DNA of 63,992 nucleotides, the filler included, from Folioceros fuciformis (Eukaryota), in the NCBI GenBank assembly GCA_049999805.1. It is 5 parts of 5 records of this genome, joined end to end, with 100 filler letters (N's around TTAATTAATTAA, not from the genome) between each part and the next. Parts side by side here need not be neighbours in the genome. Positions count along the whole stretch, not along the records: positions 1 to 24,530 come from JBNGIO010003247.1; positions 24,631 to 37,349 come from JBNGIO010003249.1; 3 more parts are not named here. One strand, written 5' to 3'. Shown here one piece after another: positions 22,650 through 35,615 of this stretch; the stretch's first letter is position 1; each line of letters begins with the position of its first letter. The notes below the pieces were generated by a model. It searched no databases and was not told the origin of the DNA. It saw only the letters and a program-made list of their open reading frames with translations. The position numbers and the translations under genes were made by a program.

Positions 22650-24530
22650 TTAATACTCTTCCTCCTCTTCTTCCCCGTCTTCCTTCTCTTCTGCACCTTC
22701 AGCACCAGCCTCGGCACCTTCAGCACCAGCCTCGGCAGCTTCAGCTGCAGCCAAGGCAGCCTCAGCAGCAGCTGCTGCTGCTGCCTCTGCCTTTCTTGCT
22801 GCTGCTGCAGCGTCAAGTTCATCTTTAGCTTTCTTATCTGCAGCCACCTTGTCTATTGCCTTTCTTCCAGCCTCTGCTGCACCCAATCTCGTGGCTTTGT
22901 TGGTCGCTAGTTTCACCTCCAGCTCACCTAGCATTTTGCTCATTTCAGCTTCAGCTATGGACTGTTGAGTACCCAGCACAAGAACATCTGTGTTAGTTCA
23001 AATTTCACGAGCAGTCTAAAGTTCTGTCTTTTGAGTGGCAAGTTCAAAACAAGCATGCAGAGCCCCAGACTTCGTAACTGAATTAGAGGAAACTATCCTT
23101 CCTCCACTTTCTGTTCAAGTTCGAAACGGAAAGTATACATCCTGCTGAATACCCACCTTTTGGAGATCCTGGTACTTATCCTTTATTGCCTCATGCTTGG
23201 TTACTTGCTTTGAGATCTTCTTCATTGCACGAATCCATTGGTGTCCAAGCTGCAATATTTACCAACCTTTCACCGTGAACCATACTAGAAGTCTAGAGAA
23301 ACTTGACTATGAAATATCGAATCTGCATGCTCATGCGCAGGATCCTCTGGATAGTGTTACGAAAAGAACATGGAAACATGCCACGAGAGTTCTGTATTTA
23401 ATGCTTACGTATACGATTGGTGCCTCGACAGCCAGGAGCTCCCTCGTTATGGTCTGCCATCACAAAACCAGGATTTAAGTTGCGCACACTCTTAACAAAA
23501 TGAACACGTAATGGAATTTCAAATCGGGATTTTGAAAGGGCCCGTACATCTAGGCATTGTTTAACAAATTTCCAGCGTCCAGCATCTGGTTTTTGAAATG
23601 CGTCAAAGCCTTCCAGTTCCTTTTGATACAGTAGATTCACACTTTACATCTGCACGACACCTTGACGAAGCGTGCGCTTGTTGGCAGACCAAAACAGGAA
23701 CTCACCTCATGGAAGTGCTCATCTACAAGAAATCGGGCCTTCAACCAGTCACAAATTACTTCCCTCCTGTGGCCAAGGATGTGAAGCATTGCCTGTAAGA
23801 GAGAGCTGAAGGTTGAAAGACTGGGACGGGGACCACACAAGCTCACAGTCCCAAATACAAGGTGAAAGACCGTAACCTGAAGCACCCGATAACCATTGGT
23901 TGAAGGATAAAGCCACCTCTTGACTCTTGGAAATTCTTTATCCTGCATGACCCCATCAGATGCAGTCATCAGAACCACATGTTGGGAGCACAACGGGCAT
24001 AGGTGCCACACCGATCATTTGTGTAGCAATGAAAAACGTGCTTCAACAGCGCACCTTCACTTGCTCTATTGTAGTGCAGATTGCTGACAGAAGTGACTGC
24101 AAGTACTCCAACTGAGACTGGGACTTCGTTATCTCCTCTGTCAGCTTCTTTGCCTTCTCTCCGTGCTTTTCTAGAAGAGCAGTTACCTTCTTCAGATTCT
24201 TGGTGAGCTTTGCAACCTCTTTCTTCTGTGTTTTTGCCAAATTTTTCTCCCTCTTCAACCTATCCTTCTCAGCTTGCTTTCTCTCTTTTTCAGCCTGAAT
24301 CTCTGCTTTCTTTTTGGCTGTAGCAGCTGCTTTGTCCGCCTTTTTTTTAGCTTTCTCTGCTTTGATCCTTTCTTTCTCTGGATCAGGCGCTTTGACTGGT
24401 TTTGCAGGTTTCACCTTCTTCTCCTTCTTAGGGCGTTCCTCACCTTCCTCCCCCTCCTCTTCCTCGTCTTCCTCGTCTTCTTCCTCCTCCTCCTCTTCCT
24501 CCTCCTCCACCTCCTCTTCTGGTTCCTCTT
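22650..24530 (-). CDS. Multi-exon E/K-rich coiled-coil protein with a dynein-stalk/MTBD-like central segment and acidic EEY tail; 5' end lost at the gap
   Basis: Exons join in phase: K/E-rich helix, DKEFPRVKRWLYPSTNGYRVLQ|AMLHILGHRREVICDWLKARFLVDEHFHE|ELEGFDAFQ...|LGHQWIRAMKKI, then Ala-rich coil ending GEEEEEEY*. Confidence 0.7.
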
Positions 24531-24630
24531 NNNNNNNNNNNNNNNNNNNNNNNNNNNNNNNNNNNNNNNNNNNNTTAATTAATTAANNNNNNNNNNNNNN
24601 NNNNNNNNNNNNNNNNNNNNNNNNNNNNNN
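24531..24630. other. Assembly spacer (N44-TTAATTAATTAA-N44)
   Basis: 100-nt N run with a central all-frame-stop linker, repeated identically four times in the window. Confidence 0.98.
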
Positions 24631-27440
24631 TGTACATACTGAAGCATAAGGATGAAGTGTTCGAGTCTTTCAAGGACTTCAAAAAGCATGCTGAAAATGA
24701 ATTCAGCTGCTCCATCTCTTGTCTAAGAGCAGATGGAGGGGGAGAATATGTCTCAAATGAGTTTGACAGGTATCTTGCAGATCATGGTATACGAAGACAG
24801 CTGACATGAGATACACACCACAGCAGAATGGTGTTGCAGAGAGGAAGAACAAAGTAGTCATGGAAACAGCAAGGGCAATGCTGAATGAGAAGTGCTTACC
24901 TAATGATTATTGGGCAGAAGCAGTGATGACAGCAGTATATGTACTGAATCGAACTCCTACGGCAGGAATTCATGATGCTACACCAATTGAGAGACTTTAT
25001 GGCTATAAGCCGGATATTAGGCACTTGAAAGTGTTTGGGTGCATTGCATTTGTGCATGTACCTGATGAGAAGCGTAGGAAGCTGGATCCTAAAGCAGTGA
25101 AGAGTGTTTTTCTGGGGTATGCCTGAAATAGAAAGGCATATAAGTGTTATGTGCCATCCACACATGAGATCCTGATAAGCAGGGATGTGGTATTTGATGA
25201 GTTAGCCTCCTGGTATAGCAACTCAGTTGCACTACCCTATGACGAACCCAAAGGGGAGAGTACTGTTAAGAGTACTCTAGCAAAGAGTGAGGATGTGACC
25301 AATGGTGGATCACCAACAGTGAATCCATGGTCTGGAAGACTGCAGAATGGTAAACCGAAGACCATTGACCCGGACATGTCAGTGAGGGGGAGAGTAGAAA
25401 GCAGCAAAACTGGAAATGAGGGATATGAATCCTCAAGTAGTGAGAGCATTGACAGTGAGTTTGGCATTCCGTCTATGGAAACGCCAGGTGCTAAGGAGCA
25501 ACAATATGCAAGGCAAGTTCAAAATGAATCAAGACCAAGGAGATCTGAGAGGGTTAGGAAACCCATTGACAGGTACACCTATACAAGCTACAATGCGCAA
25601 CATTATGCGTATATGACAAGGGTCACAACTTGTAAGGAGCCAACCAAGTTTGTTGAGGCAGTGATAGATGATAAGTGGTGTCAAGCCATGGATGAAGAAT
25701 ACTCAGCATTAGTTGAGAACGGAACATGGGATTTGGTTCAATTGCCTGATGGCAAGGTTCCTATTGGTTCTAAGTGGGTGTACAAGCTGAAGTTCAAGTC
25801 AGATGGAAGACTGGAGCGTTACAAGGCCAGGTTGGTTGCAAAGGGATATGCACAACAGTATGGTCTTGATTATGAGGAAACCTTTCGTCCAGTAGCCAAG
25901 ATGACAACTGTAAGGACAGTCATAGCATTAGCAGCAGCTAAAGGATGGAAGTTATGGCAAATGGATGTCAAGAATGCCTTCTTGAATGGTGAGTTGCAGG
26001 AGGAAGTGTACGTGGAACAACCTGAAGGCTATGTTCATCCTAAGTTTCCAACATACGTCTGCAAACTGAAGAAGGCATTGTATGGACTCAAACAGGCACC
26101 TAGAGCATGGAATGCTCGTATCACAAGCTATTTGAAGGAGCGAGGGTTTGTGATTGGAGACGTAGATCACAGTCTGTTTGTAAAACAGACCAAGGTAGGA
26201 CAAGTGTGTCCTGTCGTTTCTATTGATGACCTGATCATCACAGGAGATGATGCAGATGGTATTGCAGATATCAAGGCGAATCTGCAAAAAGAGTTCAAGG
26301 TGAAGGATCTTGGTGAACTCAGATACTTCTTAGGAATTGAGGTTGTGTCTACACCTCAAGGAATCTGGCTATTCCAAAAACAATATGCTAAGGATATGTT
26401 GCAGAAGTATGGCATGGCAGATTGCAAAGCGATGGATACACCATTGGAGCAGAACGTCAAGCTGCAAATGGAAGTAGGAGCTGAGCTGGAAAATGTGACT
26501 ATGTATCGACGGATGGTCGAAAGTTTGATCTACTTGACTATCACACGTCCTGACTTAAGTTATGCAGTGGGACTGATTAGTCGATTCATGCAGAACCCAA
26601 GGAAACCGCACTTGGATGCAATTAGAAGAATCATGAGATATGTGAAAGGAACTACTGAGTTTGGATTGCTCTTTGAGCACAGGAAGCATCTTGAACTGAC
26701 AGGATATACATATGCTGATTGGGCTGGTTGTGCGTATGACAGAAGATCAACCAGTGGATATGCATTCAGTCTGGGAAGTAGTATGATCAGCTGGCAAAGC
26801 AAGAAACAACCGACAGTTGCTTTGTCAAGCACAGAAGCAGAGTATCGAGGAGCTGCAATGGCAGCCTGTGAAGCAGCTTGGTTGCAAAAGTTGCTACATG
26901 ATATTGGAAATATAGTGAACGACAAGGTTACAATCTACTGTGACAACATGAGTAGCATGAGGTTGGCTACTAATCCTGTGTTTCATGCTCGTTCGAAGCA
27001 CATAGAAGTACATTATCATTTCATCAGGGAAGCGGTATTATCTGAGAAGATAGACCTTCGGCACGTAAAGATCGAAGACCAGGCAGTAGATATCTTTACT
27101 AAGTCGCTAGGTAGAGATAAGTTCTTACACTTTCGTGAACTACTTGGGGTGTTACAAATAGTCTGAGCTTGAGGGGGAGTGTTAGAAATCAAGCTCTAAC
27201 TGAATTGTTATTAAGAGCATACAACACTTAGGATAGTGTAGATTATCCCATATTGAACTCGTAGTTATCTATCACCTAAGTGTTATCAGGATATATCAGG
27301 ATATATTAGGATATTGCACCCTTGAGACTAAGGCTTACCTTATCGAGGGTTGCCCCGACTAAAGGCTATATATGTAGCATCCTGTGCACCATAAGTAAGG
27401 AACTGTGGAGTCCTTCTAGGCCTGTGGTGCTATTTCAACA
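24631..27440 (+). mobile_element. Copia element 3 (integrase-RT-RNase H, PPT, 3' LTR 27180-27440); 5' part lost at the gap
   Basis: RADGGGEY, YTPQQNGVAER, QMDVKNAFLNG, altered VSIDD, SKKQPTVALSSTEAEY. PPT GAGGGGGAG 27171-27179; LTR TGTTAG...TCAACA. Confidence 0.93.
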
Positions 27441-28991
27441 TGTACCAGGGAGGACTGATTTGTGGTCGCAAACATTTGTGACAAGGCTGTCCACGCCATG
27501 TGTGATCCAGAGGCATCATTGATGTGGTGGATCATTGAACTGTCAATGGTGGCCTCCAATAGGGCCCTTGCTCTAAGGTCTTTCTTTGTCCATACTGCAA
27601 CATCGGCCTACAGTGCGTTGGCCCCTGGCTTGGAGATTGTACCATCCACGATGTCCCACAATTCCTCGACTTGCAGCAAGGTCTTGACCCTACGAGCCCA
27701 GACATCATAGTTTGCCCCGGAGAACCGGTCCTTGTCCTTGAAATCAAGGCGTGTCACACTCGCCATGGTAACCTCTTTGACGCATTTATGTACTACTGAT
27801 GGTGCTGAGAGAGAACTTCGAGGGTGGTGACTCAGAACGGGATCTCAATGGTGGGGTATTCGAGTGTGTTCTTCCACTTCTGCCTTGTGGCCTCTCTGCT
27901 GAGAGTGACCTCTTCAGAGGCATTAAGCATGGCCATAAGTATATCAAGTAGCCCTGGGCTAACCTTGATTTGCCACTCCATACCTAGATTTCCCCTTGTG
28001 TTCCAAATAGCCTTGGCATCTGAGTGTGTGAGCATGCGTGTGGCTTAGGAGGAAGGTGGCAATCGTTGCCTTTCCTCTCGCGCAAATGAGAAAAAGCTCA
28101 CTGGCATCTGCTCCAACCTCCGATGTTAGCGCGTTCCGCTCCACGCTCCTTCACAACACTGCCAGGCAACCACAACCACAGAGATTGTGCTTCACCTGTG
28201 TTGCCACCATGCCCTTCTCCTATCTCTAGTTGCTGGTAGCGAGATTGGATTCCCGCTTCAACATTCCAGGCCTCAGTTTCTGCCAAAACAATCACAAATC
28301 AAGCAAGGATCACAGATTTGCTCCCACGCCGCTGCAGGGTCTAGTTCCTTGCCTCCAATCCTTGCCGCCGGCGTTTGAGTTTGCCATCAATCTGCTGTCA
28401 CGCCTCTGCCAGGCCGTCTTTGCTTGAGATCATTGCCACCGTGGCTAGCACTTGCCCCGGCTGCTACATCCACGGCCTGCTCCTGCTCTATTCGATGCTG
28501 CCGCGGCTGGATTATGCTCCGCACCCATCCAGGAACTCCATGCTGGTTTGTGCCTACGGTTTGCAGGGAGCGGGCCCTCACAACCACGCTCAATCGTGCC
28601 ACAAAGTTGCTGCCTCACATGCTGCCGCAGATGTTGCCGTGGTTGGTTCCTTGTCCATCCATGTGAGTCTGCAGCCTGGAGAGATATCTACTCTCGACTC
28701 GCACCTCGTGCATCTGGTCCTCAGAAAACGGGCGCTCACAGCCATGCAGCACCATGCCATCGTCGTGTCATGCTACACTGTGGCATCACACCTCCGATCT
28801 CATGCACACGGCATGGATAAGAGAAAAAACGTTGGCCATGACAAGCGCGATGGATCCCGGCTTGTTGCTCACAGGGATTTATTGCTCACATTTTCCCTCT
28901 TCTTTTATTATAGTTTTTTTTGGTCTTAAAAAGGAAAGATCACAATCGCCTCCTCTCCATGGCATCGCTTACCAACCTTGCTCTGATACCA
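27441..28991 (-). mobile_element. Copia element 4 remnant: PBS, ~1.2 kb leader and gag N-terminus, interrupted by element 3
   Basis: PBS reverse complement GCTCTGATACCA at 28980-28991. Gag from ATG 27766: MASVTRLDFKDKDRFSGANYDVWARRVKTLLQVEELWDIVDGT; truncated at the LTR end 27440. Confidence 0.8.
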
Positions 28992-29914
28992 TACAAAAAT
29001 CAGAAGAAGCATCTTGCATCGGGAATGATCGTGTGTAGTAGTAAAATAACAAAAACAATGTCTTGTGTCTTATGCCATATGCCATGGCGGTTAGGTATTT
29101 TGTGTTTATGTGTCTTTTCACATTAGGCTATCTAACCCTAGCTAAAACTCATTTAACTTAACCTAGTTGTTGACTAGCTGATGCTAGACTATTCCTAGGC
29201 GTCACTTTGCACTCACCGCCAATTCGATAAAGACCTCTCGCCAAGCAGTATGTGAGGGGAGCCCAAGCTGGAGATCATACTCTTGTGTTGGTCAAGACTT
29301 CAAAGATGCCGATGAAGCCGATACCATCCCAAAAGGTAGTGAAGTAGAATGTAAAAATAAGAAATTTAAGTGAAAATAGGAAGTGGTTCCCTATTTGTAA
29401 ACTAACTGCTTACATACTATAAGTAAATAAAGAAAAATTGTTTCGGATGCAGATGTGGATAAGTGTGTGGGCACAAGCCGTGTGAGGTTTGCTATCTCAT
29501 TACGTGCATCCCATGAAGAGGCAAGTACCGAGAAGAAAGTACCTGATTCCTATCTACCAACCAGGAATCTATTTAAGGCTACCTACTTTATATTTCCAGG
29601 GGGTCCTAATGATCATAAGGCTCCCACTGAGTATATATGCCACAAACAAGGAATAAAGATGATGTGGCTGGTTGCTTCCCCATGTGAAGAGTATGAGAAA
29701 CATACCAATCACCTTTATAGTAAGTTAATATACAAGTTAGTAACTTAAGTATTCTTCATTATTTCCAAACTTGACTTCTAAGTTTTATGCATAGAATCTA
29801 TCTGGGCATTGGAGCGGGAGGATAAGGAGTATAGAACTAGAGGCAAAACTTGAAATGTTGGATCAACTTTGTGGATTGTAGTATTACGTTAGTTCCACTA
29901 GCTAGATAAGTTAA

Positions 29915-30005
29915 TCTTGACCTCATGTATTCCTAAACTTTTCATGTGTTTGAGATATAAGCCCCTACCTAATGACTTGGTTAATAAATCAGCTTGATTT
30001 ATTAA
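29915..30005 (-). pseudogene. Copia RNase H C-terminal fragment
   Basis: Translation NQADLLTKSLGRGLYLKHMKSLGI. Confidence 0.6.
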
Positions 30006-30244
30006 CCTAGCCCTTCGCCACAACCACTTTTACAAACCTTCCAAGCATCCTTTCAACTTCAACATGACTACCCATTTGATCATATAAACTAAAACTAAAC
30101 AACACTTTGCAGCACCGCCACAACACTCTCACCTAGCTACCCCTTTCACAAACAAAACACTTTGCTCCCGAAACATGAGAAATTCATACACATGCTCCGC
30201 TTCTGATGTTCAAGAACAAATTCTTTTGATAGTAACAATTCTTT

Positions 30245-31100
30245 TGATGTGGTAGCGTATGCAAGCAGGAGTAACAATTCTGCAAAGAGTAATTATTCCT
30301 CATATCATGGAGGATGTTTGGCGGCGATATGGGCAGTATCACATTTTAGGCCTCATTTGTATGGTACTTAGTTTGAGCTAGTGACGGATCACCAACCTTT
30401 GAAGTGGTTGATGAAGAGTGAAAAGTTGACAGGAAAATTAGCAAGGTAGGCTCTTATTTTACAAGAGTATAATTTTTCTATTGAGCATAGGGTGGGAGTG
30501 AAACATGCAAATGCAGATATGTTGTCAAGGAATTTATTGGGAAGTTCAGAAGATTCAACAGTTGCCAGGTAGGATTTTGATAAGAATGTAAGGGTTGATT
30601 GTAACTTGGTGGTGTCTAGATGGACACCGAGTGTATACCTGGTGAATTTGGTGGAGTTGGGAGTTTCTTCGGTGTTAGTGGAAGTGTGGGAAGACAAAAA
30701 TACATTGGAGAGGGTGATGATGGGTAGGAATCAAGAGACGTTGACGGTGAGAGAGAGTGATAGAGTGACAAATCGAAGTAGGAGGTATGTATGGGTTGAC
30801 AATAAGTTGTTGTTTAAGGATAACATGAAGGTGGTACCAAGATTGGAAGAAAGAATGAATTTGGCAAAACAAATTACAAAAAGAACATTGAGTTTACTCA
30901 TGAACATTTATTATTGGAAAGGAATGATGGATTTGGTTGAGAAGGTGGTGTCTAATTGTGAGGTTTGTGATAGGGTGAAAGCAAGTTTCTCAGGCAAAAC
31001 TTCTCAGCTTCATTTGTTGCCTACTAGGGGGACGTTTTATAAGTGGAGTTTGGATTTGGCTGGAGAGTTACCAGTCACACGTAGGGGTTTTAAATATGTG
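30245..31100 (+). pseudogene. Gypsy RNase H / integrase fragment
   Basis: VVAYASRS, LVTDHQPLKWLM, ALILQEYNFSIEHRVGVKHANADMLSR, YYWKGM...CEVC, WSLDLAGELP. Confidence 0.8.
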
Positions 31101-31683
31101 TCAACTGGTCTGCAGTGGTCTATGACGGTAATGAGCCAGCTTCGTCTAAGGCTCTACTATGGTGCATTTGGGAGCATTTGCTAATTGCGGCAGAAAGTTT
31201 GAAGCAGGCTCATCGGAAACAGTTCAAACGGAGTGAATGGAGGTTGGCAGGCTTCCTAGCTACTAGGAGTGATGATCATTGGAATCACGCCTGCCCTTGG
31301 GGAAGGCGAATCATCCTGGCCCTCGGGTGAAGGTGAGGTTTAGGTCTGGAGGTTCTTAGCAGTCCTCTAATATTATGGTGATGGGGAGCATTTTCCGCGT
31401 CCTGTCTAGAGGGCTAGTCATGAGGTCGGTTTTTTTCTCCCGATCATGGTACTTAGGCTATGTAAATACGTAGGCAGGGGTCCCCTTAGTATTGTAAGAG
31501 GAGGACAATATTAATCAGAATTCTTTTCTTCGCGAAAAAATATTTGTTGGTGATAATAGAACATTTCTCTAATTGGTGCCTTTGAGAGAGAAGAAGTCAC
31601 ATCATTAAGAAATGCTTAGGGTTTAGAATCAAGGAGAAGGCCTCACTTGATTTGAAGTCCACAATAATTTATAATTATGGAGA

Positions 31684-32090
31684 TGGCTTCAAAGAAAAAG
31701 ATAGATTCAATGGCAAGGATGATGACATCTGGCGCTTACAAATGCGTTGTGTCTTTCGTAATCGAGATCTTTGGGAAATTGTCAATGGAAGTCTCTAATG
31801 CATTGTTATGGGGCTAGAAAGCAAGCGTACCTGGGATGCCAAGGACAAGAAGGCACAAGACATTATCATTAATGGTCTTTCACAACAAATGGTGAGACAA
31901 ATTAGTGAAGCAGGATCTGCTAAAGAAATGTGGGACCATCTCGCCCAATTATATTCTTCTAGAGATGTCATAAGCCTAACGACAAATACTCGCAACTTCA
32001 ACAACCTCAAGATGAAGGAGTCAGACTCCATCAAACATCATGTCAGTGCTTTCTGCATGGCACAATCTCAACTTGAGGCTGCATCCAATA
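31684..32090 (+). pseudogene. Copia gag N-terminal fragment
   Basis: RFNGKDDDIWRLQMRCVFRNRDLWEIVNG, WDAKDKKAQDII, SAKEMWDHLAQLY, LKMKESDSI. Confidence 0.75.
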
Positions 32091-32889
32091 CAAGGATGTC
32101 GGTGCGCCCCTAGCGCCCATCATCCCAGGCATGCCTCTGGTTACGCCAACATCCTGGAGCCGCAGCTGGGTGCGCCCAGGTCAGTCCATTATCCCTAGCG
32201 TGATCCAAGGGGCGCCATAATACATGGCGCACCTAGGGACGTGCCATTGACCATGCAGTGTACATTCGCCATGTAAAGTGATTGCCTTCCATTGCTTAGC
32301 TATCTTCCAACTTGTGAATTGCTAGAGTCGTATGAAGACAAGCTTCATACACATCGAGAGCATATTAAAGAGGAGAGAGGAAAGCTAGGGACACATCGAC
32401 TGAAATGTCAAGGCTGTGATAAAATAGCTTACTATTGGGGCACTCTTCACTAGGGCACCTAGGACTTAATAATTAATTTAGTCCTGAGGGCTCTAGGTAG
32501 TTTCTTTTAGTAGTTATTTAATTGGTTAGTTGTTACAACTACTTAGCGGTTACAACAACCTTGCCTACATAAAGGCATGTACTTTCTATTATGAATCAAT
32601 GCAACACACATTGCTTGAGCTTGTGTATGATTCTTATTAGGCTGCCCAAGTTAATATATTGGAATGGCGATTGATGGAATGGATCACAGCAAAATGGAAC
32701 TTTAGTACTTGATTGGACCGCCAAAAGCCTTTGCAGATGGGCTCATCCACACCCGTCTTGTAGGCTGCCTTGTTTACAACACTTGAGTTCGAACGAAGGT
32801 TTTCCTCAGCTTCCCGAACATCCGAAACGATGCAATCTTCACAATTCATAATATATAGGACGTCATCTCTAAGCATCCTGGTGTATAGC

Positions 32890-33140
32890 CCAAGACTTTT
32901 TATCTGCAGTTAAACAACATTGCATGGGAAAACAAGAATATGCTTTTGTTTGCATATATGAGTATGCTTGTGGGAAAAGGTATTTTTGAGAAGGTGAAGA
33001 TTGGCTTTCTTCTGGTAGGGCACACACACGATGCTGTTGATCAAATGTTCTCATGTTTTTCAAAGACTCTAAAGCACAAGAAGGCCCTGTCATTGGACAC
33101 CATGTTGAAGCTGATCATGCAGGCGTACATGCCCTGTCCA
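32890..33140 (+). mobile_element. Degenerate DNA-transposase fragment, Sola-like (GHTH..DQ motif)
   Basis: LYLQLNNIAWENKNMLLFAYMSMLVGKGIFEKVKIGFLLVGHTHDAVDQMFS resembles the recalled LxLDNxxxENKN...FLxVGHTHxDxDQxFS transposase core. Degraded coding-like sequence continues to ~34200. Confidence 0.6.
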
Positions 33141-35615
33141 TAGGTTCAGATGGTGATGGAGGTGGCTAACTTTCGAGCCTATGTATGGCCAAAAGGAATG
33201 GGGAAGTGAGGGCAGAACGATGTTATAGTCTGCAACTTACATAATCATAGTTACCAGCACTAGTTCAAAATAAATCAGGAGGAGCGACGTGGAGGCATGA
33301 TGACTGTCCTTCGTGGAAAGCATCTGTCCATGTCACCATAGTAGGAGCTACGGGAGGGTCTTGAATTTTTGTGCAAAATTCCCGCATCTCCAATTATTGG
33401 CGCACCACTACTTGATCTATAGATCCACGGAAAGGAACATGATCCTAATCCTGTACGTAGTTTGGCACAAATCAAAAAGATGCTTTAAGAACTGATGAAA
33501 AAATACTTAAGCGCTTTAGACAGGAGTGGTGGGGAGTGTTTTGGTTGTCCCTAGAATGCATTGCCAACCAAATTGTAAGTAGAGAAGACCAGCAATTGAG
33601 TGTGCCTTGGGTATGGTATAACAGGGAGGCAGCAACATCCTCTGTAATTGTGGAGGGGGAGGCGTATCCAGCTTCGGAAGGAATACATATAGAAGACAAG
33701 CTTGCGGAGGCAAGACATATGTACGTCGGACCCTATTGGCCTACGGAAGCTGTAGTAATGGAGGAAACGAGGTTCGAAGGCAGCGTTGGTGAAATTAGGG
33801 AGGGTGATATGATCATTGTCCCTTTTGAAGCGGATTCGCAGAATTGGCCATTTTGGGTTGACCAAGTACAAGAGGTTAATACCACATCTACTAACCCCTG
33901 CCTTCTTATACAGTGGTGGATAACAAAAAAATGCTAATGCGTTTGAGGGTAGGTATTTACCAGAGGAGATATGCCCCTCCTAGCTAGCTGGAAGAGGGGG
34001 AAAACCTCTCCAAATTCGACGTCCCCCAAAGTTGGATAAGTTGATGCTTTTGGAAACATATATATTAGCATATGGTTTTTTTCTAACTCTGGATAGGATG
34101 CTCCAACTTAGGATGCAGTAGCTCATACAAACAAAGTTGTATGAACTGCAACAATAAATGCTAAACGAAGAGAGTCTTAAACAACAGGCTTTGGACAATG
34201 GTGGAGCAATGTATGCATTAGGCAGGCGTGAACCACCGCTTGGAGAACAAGGTGTTGTGGACGACTATGCAAGCACTGATCGTGCTAGCGTGGTGATTCC
34301 GGCAGTCCCTGTAGATCAACATCTGGGCCAATCGCGTGGAGAACGCAAGCATGATCACAAGGAACCCACATGGTAGAGGGTGCTTTCGCTGCGATGTTTG
34401 ATGAAAGCCCAAAGCAAATGTCAAAGAAGGAAAAAAAAGAAGAAAGTACCAACATAAGCCTGTAGCCCAGTTAGGGTGGTGTACATGCATTTTTCCTTTA
34501 TTGTAGAGGCATGGCACGCCCAAGGGCATGCCATGCCCCTACAATGGCGAAATCAACTGGTTGTAGATAGCCTAAGACATGCTCGAATGAAACATCCTTC
34601 ATCGATGCAAATACGAATTGCTATGCAAAATCAATATATGCATCTTGTTTATCATTAAGTTGTTGTATACATACATGTGGAACCTTTGATTGCCAGGCTC
34701 GTTGATAGCAATTGAATGCAATTCATTCATCCCAAAACGTGCAAACATGTGTGAACTGGGTGAAAGGGTGCATGAAAAATTTGGATCCCGAACAAAGCAC
34801 CATTTGTTTGGAAAGACCTGAATTATTTCAGACATGTTCAATGGTTTTCTTGAAAGAGACAATTGTTAAGAGAGAGCTTTAAGAAACAAGCTTCTCATAA
34901 GAGGCAATTGTTAAAAGAGAGGGACAAGGAGCATCCTTTTTAAAAAGGGAGGATAAAGGAGAGAGCAATAACAAGAAACCTTCTAAAAAAAAGCAAGTGC
35001 ATTCAATAGTTGAAAAGTTAAGAAAACTGATGGATATAACAACTCATATATGTGAATTAGGAAGTTTAATTTTTTTCTCTTAACTAAACATGAAGATACT
35101 TTGTAGGTCTATAAATTTTCTTTATTTTTTCTAGATTTATTTTGTAATTTGAATATTTAGTCACATTTGGATGGTACATAGTCTTTTCTTAAACCTTGTT
35201 TTTAATATTTGGAGCCTTTTCTATGCGAAAACAAAATCTGTAAAGAGTGCAAACAGCAGCCAAACAAAGCGTCCAATTAGCAAACTGGAGGGGATTTGGG
35301 CACCGACATGACTGACTGCCTTTGACCCATGACCTGACCTCAGGTGGGATGGGGTCCGGGGGAATGGATGTGGTCTATGACCGAAGTAACGGACGAAAGC
35401 GTTCCGTACATGGAGTGAAACAAGTTGCAACTTTGTCCTTTACGCCGCGTGAACAAGGAATAGAACCTTCAAAGGGTGGTAGATTGACAAGTTTAAATAC
35501 TGTATAGATGAGGAAAAATAGGTCTTGCAGACATACGTACATGTGTGTCTAGCCTCTATAGAATAGATCTTACTACTGCATGTTCGTCGTTTCTAGGTAC
35601 TTCCAAAGTATTTTG

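Noticed and set aside
24575-24586. TTAATTAATTAA palindrome repeated four times
   Set aside because: Always centred in N runs; a synthetic all-frame-stop linker.
28375-28929. 184-aa plus-strand ORF
   Set aside because: Antisense to a Copia leader with unnatural composition; likely spurious.
32400-32640. AT-rich segment sharing short words (CTAGGGCACC, GTTAGTTG) with the element 1 LTR
   Set aside because: Similarity too patchy to call a solo LTR by eye.
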